A stretch of 64,000 bases of DNA from Acidobacteriota bacterium. Lineage in GTDB: Bacteria; Acidobacteriota; UBA890; WLXD01. Position 1 is the first letter of the stretch. Every line of letters starts with the position of its first letter. This document shows positions 1-8,369 of this stretch, one piece after another. The notes beneath the pieces are model-generated. The model was not told the origin of the DNA. It did no database searches and saw only the letters and a list, made by a program, of their open reading frames with translations. The stretch is from positions 2,112,001 to 2,176,000 of the forward strand of contig CBDBHB010000009.1 of NCBI GenBank assembly GCA_965205505.1, in the 5' to 3' direction. The translations under genes were made by a program, and so were the position numbers.

Positions 1-336
1 GTCGGTGTTGATCAAAGTCACATCCGCGGCGGAGTCATGGGCGCGCGTGCAATCGATCACCGTGCCTCCCGCGGCGACGACGATCGGCGCAAATCGCTGG
101 GCGGCGGCGTGGTCGCCGCAGAAACAAACCAGCTGATGCTCGCGCAGCGACTCCTCGCCGGCCTCGAGGACAACGCGCGCCTCATCGCCGTACTTGGTGA
201 TGAGGCCGATCTGGTCATCGAGGTCTAGCAGCTCAACGGTCCCGCCGGGGTAGCCAGTCGTCGAAAGCAGGTCCTTGAGATCGCCGCCAAGGACGCTCGA
301 CGAACCCACCAGGGCTAACCGTGTCGGTGCAGTCAT
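1..336 (-). CDS. Aspartate-semialdehyde dehydrogenase-like (Asd/Usg) protein, N-terminal part; runs off the window start
   Basis: Manual translation from the ATG at 336: MTAPTRLALVGSSSVLGGDLKDLL...LVCFCGD...GGTVIDCT. This resembles the Asd Rossmann domain, but the glycine motif is degenerate. Not in the ORF track because there is no stop in the window. Confidence 0.55.
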   Translation of the reverse strand, partial: MTAPTRLALVGSSSVLGGDLKDLLSTTGYPGGTVELLDLDDQIGLITKYGDEARVVLEAGEESLREHQLVCFCGDHAAAQRFAPIVVAAGGTVIDCTRAHDSAADVTLINTD

Positions 337-406
337 GTCTCGCTGCGCCGCGCTACCGCCGTGAGCCGTGCGTCGACGTAGTCATTCGATCGGATTCGAA
401 GCTGCG

Positions 407-643
407 TCAGTGCGTGACCTTGGTGGCCTCAACGGCGCGTGCCAGCACGGCCATGCGGTCCTTGATCAGGAGCTTTCGCTTCTTGACGACGTTTTCTTCG
501 AACCAGTCCTGTTGAGTAAAAGGTCTTCGGTTGGCGATCTGCTCGAGTTGTTGCTCGTATTCGTGGTGCTCTGTATCAAGGCGCCTGAATTCCTCGTTTG
601 AGTCCCTCAGGCGCGCCCGGTTTTCGGTCTCGAGCAGCTCCAT
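407..643 (-). CDS. Small coiled-coil DUF465/YdcH-like protein
   Basis: 78 aa with EFRRLDTEHHEYEQQL...KKRKLLIKDRM pattern; GAGGA SD upstream. Confidence 0.65.
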   Translation of the reverse strand: MELLETENRARLRDSNEEFRRLDTEHHEYEQQLEQIANRRPFTQQDWFEENVVKKRKLLIKDRMAVLARAVEATKVTH

Positions 644-728
644 ACCATCCTCCTCGTCACAGGTTGGAAGGTCGAGTATCGCTATCGTATCACGCAGTCG
701 GGAGGTCTCGATCCTGGCTCAGTCCGTC

Positions 729-1463
729 TCATCTGGATCGTCGCCGTCTGCTTTGGGTGAGGTTGTCGCGCAGCGGAGATGGACCGGGTACTGCATCTAC
801 TGGGCGGATGTAGAAGGGCTCTAGTGGCGTCACCTGATCGTCGCCAGCAGCGGCTGCGAGCCGCGCCACCGCGCCGGCGAGAAGTGCGGTAGCAATCGGT
901 CGCGTCGCCGCCATGACATGGTCGTATACGGCGACACCAGGGCCGGCGGATGTTGGCGAACTGTCTCCGAGACGGTCGATGAGCTCGGCCGGGGTCAGCA
1001 AGTCGGGACCCCATTCGAACACCATTCCGGCTGCCGGTGTTCGGTCGGCGAAGCTGAGCGCCGCATACAGCTGACCTCGCCGCGCGTCGACGATCGCCAG
1101 CACCGGGCCCGGTGCTTCGCGGCTCGCCGTGAAAGCCGCATCCACCAGGGCCTCAAGTGTCGTAATACCGACTGGCGTTGCGCCGCTGCCGCGGGCGAGA
1201 CCAGCGGCGGTGGCGATGCCGACGCGGATTCCGGTGAAGGTGCCCGGCCCGATGCTCGACGCAATCCGGTCTACGTGCGTCAACGAGACGCCGGCATGGT
1301 CAAGGACGGTGTCGATCCCCTCGAGGATCCACGCGTCGGTCTGCGGCCCGAACGGCCCGGTGGTGCTGGCTAGCAGCTTGCGACCGCGTACCAGCGCGAC
1401 GCTGGCGGGCGGTGTGGCCGCGTCGAGTCCCAGGACGAGGGGCGCAGTCGATGAGGCGGTCAC
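729..1463 (-). CDS. tsaB: tRNA t6A biosynthesis protein TsaB
   Basis: LGLDAAT, GPGTFTGIRVG and DARRGQLY motifs; C-terminal PFYIR. Confidence 0.9.
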   Translation of the reverse strand: MTASSTAPLVLGLDAATPPASVALVRGRKLLASTTGPFGPQTDAWILEGIDTVLDHAGVSLTHVDRIASSIGPGTFTGIRVGIATAAGLARGSGATPVGITTLEALVDAAFTASREAPGPVLAIVDARRGQLYAALSFADRTPAAGMVFEWGPDLLTPAELIDRLGDSSPTSAGPGVAVYDHVMAATRPIATALLAGAVARLAAAAGDDQVTPLEPFYIRPVDAVPGPSPLRDNLTQSRRRRSR

Positions 1464-1574
1464 AGAATCCGGACAGTGAAGCGAGCCGTGGCTGTGGGCT
1501 CAGGCATGCGTGATAACCTTCCGCTCCCGCTGCGATGCCGGCTCCGGCGCCCCGCCGCTACCGCACAAAGGACC

Positions 1575-4211
1575 ATGGCCGAAGCGTCGTCTCCGATGAT
1601 GCGGCAGTACCACCGCATCAAGGCGTCCCATCCCGACGCCATCCTCTTCTTCCGGCTCGGAGACTTCTACGAGATGTTCTTCGAGGATGCGGAGCTTGCC
1701 AGCGGCGTTCTCGATATTACCTTGACGGCGCGGCATCGTGGCACGCCCAACGAGGCGCCGATGTGTGGCGTACCCCATCACAGCGCCGACGGGTACTTGG
1801 CGCGTCTGCTCGAGGCCGGCCACAAGGTAGCCATCGCTGAGCAGGTGGAGGACGCTGCGCAGGCCAAGGGGATGGTGCGGCGTGAGGTCGTACGGGTGTT
1901 GACCCCGGGCACGCTGGTCGAAGACGACCTGCTCGACAGTCGTGACAATAACTATGTGATTGCGGTAGGCGAGCGCGGCGAGCAGGTAGGCGTAGCGGTG
2001 CTTGACGTTTCCACCGGCGAGTTCATCGTTGCCGAGTTCGACGGCGACAGCCCTCGTACCCGGGCGCGGGAAGAGATTGCTCGCTGGGCGCCGAGCGAGG
2101 TCTGCCATCCGGAGTCGGACAGTCCTGCAGACTGGCTGGTTCCGGAGGAGCGCAGCCTACCGTCGGTGCAGGGCGTTCGGACATGGAGCCCACTGGCCGA
2201 CTGGAACTTCGATGCGCAGCGCGCCCGCGCCGGATTGTGTGAGCACTTCGGGGTCTCGTCGCTGGACGGCTTCGACCTGAGCGGCTGCGACGTCGGCGTG
2301 GCGGCCGCCGGTGCGCTGTTGCGCTATGCGTCCGAGGAGAGCCACAAGGCCCCGCTCCGCCACGTTCGATCGATTCGCCGCTATCGCGACCGTGAGGTGC
2401 TGCAACTCGACGAGACCACGCGACGCTCGCTCGAGCTCACCGCGTCCTGGCAGCAGGGCGGGCGCGAGGGCTCGCTGCTCGCGGTGCTCGATCGTTCGGC
2501 GACGGCGATGGGCGGCCGGAGATTGCGGCAATGGCTGTTGCGACCCCTGCGCGATCCCGGAGCCATCGACGCGCGCCTCGAGGTGGTCGACAGCCTGGTG
2601 TCGGCGGTGCGACTTCGCGACGCGGTGCGCGAGGCGCTGCACGCCGTGCACGACATCGAGCGCCTCACGACGCGCATCACCATCGGTTCGGCCAACCCAC
2701 GCGACCTCTATGCGCTGCGCACTTCACTGGAGGCGCTGCCGGCGGTGGTCGATGGCCTGTGCGAGCTTGCCGACACGCGGCTCGGCAGCCGGTTGTCCGA
2801 TCGGCTCGATCGCTGTGAAGACGTTGCCGCGATCATCGTCGCTCGCCTAGTGGACGAGCCACCGGTAGGCCTAAATGCCGGAGCAGTGATTCGCGAAGGG
2901 TACGACGAGCGGCTGGACGCACTGCGCAAGATGCGTGCCGAGGGTAAGGGGTTTATCGCATCGCTGCAGACCACGGAGCGTGAACGCACCGGCATCACCT
3001 CGCTCAAGGTGCGGTTCAACAAGGTGTTCGGCTACTTCATCGAGATCTCCAAATCCAACCTCGCCAAGGTCCCGGAGCACTATCACCGCAAGCAGACGCT
3101 GACCAACGCTGAGCGCTTCATCACCCCTGAGCTCAAGGAATTCGAGCAGACCGTGCTGGGGGCCGAGGACAAGATCGCCGCCCTGGAGCAGGAGATCTTC
3201 GCCACGCTACGACAAGAGGTTGCTGGCGAAGCGGAACGGCTCCACCGTACCGCCGACGTATTGGCCACCCTCGACGCACTCGCCGGCCTGGCCGACGTTG
3301 CGGCACGCGCCGGGTGGGTGCGGCCAGTGGTTGACGATGCGCTCGTGCTCGAGGTGCGCGGAGGGCGCCACCCGGTGGTCGAAGCTTTGCAGCCTGACGT
3401 GCGCTTCGTGCCCAATGACGCGTATCTCGACGGCGGCGAGCATCGTATCAAGCTGGTAACCGGGCCCAATATGGGCGGCAAGTCGACGTATCTCCGCCAG
3501 GTGGCGTTGATCGTGATCCTGGCGCAGATGGGGAGCTTCGTCCCGGCCGAGGGCGCTCGAGTAGGCGTTGTCGATCGCGTGTTCACACGCGTTGGCGCCA
3601 GCGACAACCTGGCGAGGGGCGCTTCGACGTTCTTGGTCGAGATGCAGGAAACAGCCAACATTCTTAACAACGCCACGCCGCGCAGCCTCATCCTGCTCGA
3701 CGAGGTTGGACGAGGCACCAGCACGTACGATGGCCTGTCGATCGCCTGGGCGATGGTGGAGCACCTGCACGATACTCGCCAGCTCTTCTCGCGCACTCTG
3801 TTCGCGACCCACTATCACGAGCTCACAAAGCTGGAAGATCGGCTGAGCGGACTGACGAACCTGCAGGTCGCGGTGCATGAATCCGCCGCCGGGGTCGTGT
3901 TCCTGCATCGGGTGGAGCCAGGGGCTGCGGATCGGTCGTATGGAATCCACGTCGGGCGGCTGGCCGGGTTGCCTCTTGCCGTCGTGTTCCGGGCCGAAGA
4001 AATATTGGCGGAGCTCGAAGGGCATGAGAAAGGCGTACCGGCCCCTCCGGAGATCGCCGTGGAGACGCCGCAGATGAGCCTCTTCGTACCGGAGCACCCA
4101 TTGGTTGAGAGATTGCGCCAGCTGCAGCCGGAATCGATGACTCCTCTCGAGGCCCTCGAGCAGCTGACCCTCTGGAAGCAGCAGTTCGGCGCTGACGAGT
4201 CCAGGGAGTAG
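1575..4211 (+). CDS. mutS: DNA mismatch repair protein MutS
   Basis: SPMMRQY, FFRLGDFYEMF, TGPNMGGKSTYLRQ, DEVGRGTST and FATHYHEL motifs; start placed at ATG 1575. Confidence 0.97.
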   Translation: MAEASSPMMRQYHRIKASHPDAILFFRLGDFYEMFFEDAELASGVLDITLTARHRGTPNEAPMCGVPHHSADGYLARLLEAGHKVAIAEQVEDAAQAKGMVRREVVRVLTPGTLVEDDLLDSRDNNYVIAVGERGEQVGVAVLDVSTGEFIVAEFDGDSPRTRAREEIARWAPSEVCHPESDSPADWLVPEERSLPSVQGVRTWSPLADWNFDAQRARAGLCEHFGVSSLDGFDLSGCDVGVAAAGALLRYASEESHKAPLRHVRSIRRYRDREVLQLDETTRRSLELTASWQQGGREGSLLAVLDRSATAMGGRRLRQWLLRPLRDPGAIDARLEVVDSLVSAVRLRDAVREALHAVHDIERLTTRITIGSANPRDLYALRTSLEALPAVVDGLCELADTRLGSRLSDRLDRCEDVAAIIVARLVDEPPVGLNAGAVIREGYDERLDALRKMRAEGKGFIASLQTTERERTGITSLKVRFNKVFGYFIEISKSNLAKVPEHYHRKQTLTNAERFITPELKEFEQTVLGAEDKIAALEQEIFATLRQEVAGEAERLHRTADVLATLDALAGLADVAARAGWVRPVVDDALVLEVRGGRHPVVEALQPDVRFVPNDAYLDGGEHRIKLVTGPNMGGKSTYLRQVALIVILAQMGSFVPAEGARVGVVDRVFTRVGASDNLARGASTFLVEMQETANILNNATPRSLILLDEVGRGTSTYDGLSIAWAMVEHLHDTRQLFSRTLFATHYHELTKLEDRLSGLTNLQVAVHESAAGVVFLHRVEPGAADRSYGIHVGRLAGLPLAVVFRAEEILAELEGHEKGVPAPPEIAVETPQMSLFVPEHPLVERLRQLQPESMTPLEALEQLTLWKQQFGADESRE

Positions 4212-4276
4212 GCTTGTCGGCGGTCGATGCAAACGCGACGGCAGGTGCGCACTGCGAGCGGAGTAGCTGATCTACG

Positions 4277-5413
4277 ATGGATCTGGCGCTGGGGCTTATC
4301 TCGGGAACCTCGATGGACGGCATCGACGTGGCCCTCATCGGCGCCGAACGCGACCCTTCAGTGTTGCCGACCCTTGCCGGGTTCCGCAGCCGGCCCTACG
4401 AGGAGGATCTGAGCGCCGAGCTGCGTCTGTGCCAACAACACGGTGAGATTGCCCACTTGGCGCGCTTGAACGTCGCGGTCGGGGAGGCATTCGCCGAAGC
4501 GGCGCTTGCCTTGCTCGATGAGCTCTCGGTGCGGGCCGATGAGGTGCGGTGCATCGGGTCTCATGGTCAGACTCTGGTGCACCTGCCCGAGGCGGTCGAG
4601 CTGGGCGGCCAGGTTGTGCGCGCGTCGCTCCAGATCGGCGATCCTTCCGTGATCGCGGCGCGCACCGGCATCACAACAGTGGCCGATTTTCGCGCCATGG
4701 ACATGGCGCTAGGCGGTGAGGGGGCGCCGCTGGTGCCGCTGCTCGACTGGCGCCTGTACCGCCATGCAACGCTGGGCCGCGTCCTCTTGAACCTCGGGGG
4801 TGTGGCGAACGTCACCGGTCTACCGCCGGGGGCGCCTCTCGGCGCGGTGATCGCGTTCGATACCGGGCCTGGCAACGTGTTGCTCGATGCTGTCGCTCGT
4901 CGCCGCCACTTACCTCGTGGGATCGACGTTGATGGACAGTTGGCGTTGTCGGGGCAAGTGGTGCCGCAGCTGTTAGAGGTGCTGCTGGCCGACGACTACT
5001 ATTCACGTATGCCTCCCAAGTCGGCGGATGCGGAGCAATTTGTGCTGTGCCTGCACGACGAGGGCATTTCGGATCTCGCCACAGCAGACGTGCTCGCTAC
5101 CGCGGTGCAGCTGACAGTGACCTCGGTGGTGGATGCGGTGGAGCGCTGGATCGCCCCACACCAGCCGATCGACGAGGTGCTCGTGGCCGGCGGGGGAGTC
5201 CACAATCGGGCGCTCATGGACGGGTTGCGCGCCCGATTTTCGTGCGTCAAGCCGGTGCCGCCTGAAGACGGGATTCCGCCGGATGCGAAAGAGGCAGCAG
5301 CCTTCGCTGTTCTGGCGCTGGAAACCTTGGCCGGACGTCCAGGGAACGTCCCCAGCGCTACCGGCGCGGCCAGAGCGGCGGTGCTGGGTTCGGTGGTCCG
5401 CGCGCCAGTCTAG
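4277..5413 (+). CDS. anmK: Anhydro-N-acetylmuramic acid kinase
   Basis: GLISGTSMDGID, GSHGQT, GGEGAPLVP, FDTGPGN and KEAAAFA motifs. Confidence 0.95.
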   Translation: MDLALGLISGTSMDGIDVALIGAERDPSVLPTLAGFRSRPYEEDLSAELRLCQQHGEIAHLARLNVAVGEAFAEAALALLDELSVRADEVRCIGSHGQTLVHLPEAVELGGQVVRASLQIGDPSVIAARTGITTVADFRAMDMALGGEGAPLVPLLDWRLYRHATLGRVLLNLGGVANVTGLPPGAPLGAVIAFDTGPGNVLLDAVARRRHLPRGIDVDGQLALSGQVVPQLLEVLLADDYYSRMPPKSADAEQFVLCLHDEGISDLATADVLATAVQLTVTSVVDAVERWIAPHQPIDEVLVAGGGVHNRALMDGLRARFSCVKPVPPEDGIPPDAKEAAAFAVLALETLAGRPGNVPSATGAARAAVLGSVVRAPV

Positions 5414-5420
5414 TGTCCTG
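5410..5420. repeat. Remnant of a type-A terminal repeat (CTAGTGTCCTG) of the CTAG-bounded element family
   Basis: Identical to 17977-17987 and to the reverse complement of 51559-51569; overlaps the anmK TAG. Confidence 0.5.
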
Positions 5421-5525
5421 AGTCAGTACCCTGCGAATCGCAGAATAGCGAGGTCTCGGGGGCCAGGGGGAAAACCGGCTGCATGGTAACATCGACGCTC
5501 CCGCAGCCCCTCAGGAGGTCCGCGC

Positions 5526-6506
5526 ATGGCTGCTCTCGAGCCAACTCCCTACTTGTGGCACAACGGCAAGTTGATCCCTTGGGCCGAGGCGACGGTACAC
5601 GTCGGAGCGCACGCGCTGCACTACGGCTCTTCGGTGTTCGAGGGCATCCGTTGCTACAAGACCGAGCGCGGGCCGGCGGTATTTCGCCTGCCGGAGCATT
5701 GCCGGCGTCTGCTCGATTCGGCGCGAATCTATCGGATGGAGCTCGACTACGACGCCGAGCAACTGGCCGCCGCCTGTCTGGAGACCATCCGTGCCAACGA
5801 GATGGAGCACTGTTATATCCGGCCGATCGCCTTACGCGGCTACCATTCCCTCGGGGTGAACCCGCTTCCGTGTCCGATCGAGACGTACATCATGGTGTGG
5901 GAGTGGGGCGCCTACCTCGGCGAGGAGGCGCTTGAATCCGGCGCCGACCTGAAGGTGTCGTCGTGGAATCGCATGGCGCCAAACACGCTGCCGTTCATGG
6001 CCAAGGCCGGCGCCAACTATATGAACTCGCAGCTTGTGAAGATGGAGGCGGTGACGGAGGGTTTCGCCGAGGCGATCGCGTTGACACCCGCAGGCGTCGT
6101 ATCGGAGGGCAGCGGCGAGAACATATTCCTTGTCCGTGACGAGGTGATCCATACTCCCAGCACGGCTTCGTCGATCCTCCCGGGGATAACCCGCGACTGC
6201 GTCATCACACTTGCTCGTGACCTCGGTTTTGAAGTCCGCGAGACGGATATTCCGCGTGAGATGCTCTACATCGCTGACGAGGTGTTCATGAGCGGCACGG
6301 CCGCCGAGATCACCCCGGTTCGATCGATCGACCGCATCCAGATTGGCCTCGGCCGACGCGGGGTAGTGACCGAGCAGATCCAACGACGCTTCTTCGAGAT
6401 CGTGCAGGGACGAACCGACGATTCGTACGGTTGGCTCACGCCGGTCTACCCAGAGGCGAGCGCCGAACGGGCGGCGTCGTTAGCGGGCGAAAGCTCGGTC
6501 GCCTGA
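5526..6506 (+). CDS. ilvE: Branched-chain amino acid aminotransferase
   Basis: [34 protein letters not shown] and GTAAEITPV motifs. Confidence 0.95.
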   Translation: MAALEPTPYLWHNGKLIPWAEATVHVGAHALHYGSSVFEGIRCYKTERGPAVFRLPEHCRRLLDSARIYRMELDYDAEQLAAACLETIRANEMEHCYIRPIALRGYHSLGVNPLPCPIETYIMVWEWGAYLGEEALESGADLKVSSWNRMAPNTLPFMAKAGANYMNSQLVKMEAVTEGFAEAIALTPAGVVSEGSGENIFLVRDEVIHTPSTASSILPGITRDCVITLARDLGFEVRETDIPREMLYIADEVFMSGTAAEITPVRSIDRIQIGLGRRGVVTEQIQRRFFEIVQGRTDDSYGWLTPVYPEASAERAASLAGESSVA

Positions 6507-6515
6507 GGAAACAAC

Positions 6516-7637
6516 ATGGACCTCGATACGCTGCTCTGGGACGCGGTTGATCGCGGCGCCTCCGACTTGCACCTGCGCGCCGGTAGCCCGCCGATGCTCC
6601 GCGTTGATGGTGAGATCGAGCCGGTTGACGGTGAGGCGTCGCTGACGGCGGCAGACACGAGCGCCCTCGCGAAGGAGATCCTGCAGGATCATCAGATCAA
6701 TTTCGAGTCGATGTGTGAGATCGATGTCGGCCATGCGGTGCGCGAGCTTGGCCGCTTTCGCGTGAACATATTTACCAACAGCGGTCAGATAGGCATCGTG
6801 CTGCGAATCATGCCGCCGGAGCCGCTAGGGCTCGAGGAGCTCAATCTGCCGCCGGTGCTGTCCAAGGTCGCGGAGGCCAATCGCGGCCTCGTGCTGGTGA
6901 CCGGAGTGACCGGGAGCGGCAAGTCGACGACGTTGGCGGCGATGATCGACCACATCAATTGCAATCGACGCCGCCACATCATCACGATTGAAGATCCGAT
7001 CGAGTACGTTCATGTTGATCGGGACAGCCTGATCACCCAGCGTCAGCTGGGGCTCGACACCAACTCGTTTGCCGACGCGCTGCGCGCCGCACTGCGGCAA
7101 GACCCCGATGTGATCCTCATTGGTGAGATGCGCGATCGGGAAACCATCGACGCAGCGGTGCTCGCTGCCGAGACCGGTCACCTCGTGTTCTCGACGCTGC
7201 ATACGGTCGATGCCCCGGAAACGCTCAATCGGATCCTGGCAACCTACCCGCCGTACCAGCAGGAGCAGGTGCGTACTCAGCTGGCCGACGTGCTGCGAGC
7301 GGTGATCTCCCAACGGCTTTTCAGCCGCATCGACGGTGAAGGACTGGTGCCGGCGGTCGAGGTGCTGATCAATACGAAGTTCGTCTCCGAGTGCATCCGC
7401 GACGCCAAGCGCACACAGAGAATCCGTGACGCGATGTCGGAGGGTGGTGATCGGTACGGAATGCAGACGTTCGATCAGTCGATCCTTTCGCTATGCCAGC
7501 GCGAGCTCATCTCGGAAGAGGTAGCGGTGGCCGCCGCCACGGTCCCGAATGACCTGAAGCTGCAGCTGCGCGGCATCGTGTCGGGGAGCAACCGCGGACG
7601 CGGTATCCAGGGGGCCGATCCGTCGCGGTCCGGGTGA
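6516..7637 (+). CDS. PilT/PilU-family ATPase
   Basis: ASDLHL, TGVTGSGKST, TIEDPIE, LRQDPDVILIGEMRD, AETGHLVFSTLH and GMQTFDQ motifs. Confidence 0.92.
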   Translation: MDLDTLLWDAVDRGASDLHLRAGSPPMLRVDGEIEPVDGEASLTAADTSALAKEILQDHQINFESMCEIDVGHAVRELGRFRVNIFTNSGQIGIVLRIMPPEPLGLEELNLPPVLSKVAEANRGLVLVTGVTGSGKSTTLAAMIDHINCNRRRHIITIEDPIEYVHVDRDSLITQRQLGLDTNSFADALRAALRQDPDVILIGEMRDRETIDAAVLAAETGHLVFSTLHTVDAPETLNRILATYPPYQQEQVRTQLADVLRAVISQRLFSRIDGEGLVPAVEVLINTKFVSECIRDAKRTQRIRDAMSEGGDRYGMQTFDQSILSLCQRELISEEVAVAAATVPNDLKLQLRGIVSGSNRGRGIQGADPSRSG

Positions 7638-8125
7638 GCCGTCAGCCGAAGCGGACCGCTTTCGCGGATGCGCTGAGGATTATCGGCCTCCGCGACCTGA
7701 GCGCGCGCCGCCTGGAGGAGAGATTGCGGGCGCGCACATACACCTCCGACGAGGCCGTTGCTGCGGTGGCTCGTTGCGTCGAGCTCGGCTATGTGAACGA
7801 CTACAAGTTCGGTGTCGACCGCGCCGGAGCGATCCTCAGACGCAGACCATGTGGACGATTGGCGCTACATGGCGACTTGCAGCGTCAGGGACTGCCCCGG
7901 ACAATGATCAGCCGGGTCGCCGACGACGCCTATGAGGAGGCCGGCGGCGAGCGTGGGATACTCGCCGAGGCGGTGCGTCGCTGGGTGGAGCAGAAAGGTG
8001 AGCCGGTCGATTGGCCGAGTATCCGTCGGTGCTCGAATCACCTGGGACGACGCGGTTTTGCGGGAGGCGATGTTCAGACGGCGCTATCCCGCTGGCTCGA
8101 TGACCTGAACACTAGTGGCCTGTAA
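7634..8125 (+). CDS. recX: Regulatory protein RecX
   Basis: RDLS..L.ERL, LGYVND..F and LGRRGF motifs; GTGA overlap with the pilT-like gene; precedes alaS. Confidence 0.75.
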   Translation: MSRQPKRTAFADALRIIGLRDLSARRLEERLRARTYTSDEAVAAVARCVELGYVNDYKFGVDRAGAILRRRPCGRLALHGDLQRQGLPRTMISRVADDAYEEAGGERGILAEAVRRWVEQKGEPVDWPSIRRCSNHLGRRGFAGGDVQTALSRWLDDLNTSGL

Positions 8126-8365
8126 CAGATGATCGTCGCATATCGTGGTGGCGAGATGGGTCCGGATACCAGGCGCTACGACGAGACGACCCCATCTTGG
8201 AGGAGGAGCAACGCTGCAGACGCACCGTTGGCGGCGCAACCCGTAGGGCAAGTGGGACCCACCACACTTCCATCACGGCCTGCTAGCATCGCCTTCCTCG
8301 CCGCGCCTTGATCTCACCCGCAAATCCCATCTGCGATACGCAACGATCATCTGCTAGAGGGCAGC
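8112..8365. mobile_element. Composite MITE-like element: type-A left end, core hairpin, type-B right end, then type-A right half
   Basis: 8112-8146 resembles 51381-51415. 8256-8286 resembles 25083-25113. 8286-8353 matches 51488-51555 at 67 of 68 nt. Confidence 0.75.
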
Positions 8366-8369
8366 TTCC

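Noticed and set aside
8129-8311. Small ORFs starting MIVAYRG here and within 51369-51569
   Set aside because: They are translations of the type-A terminal repeat and diverge straight afterwards.
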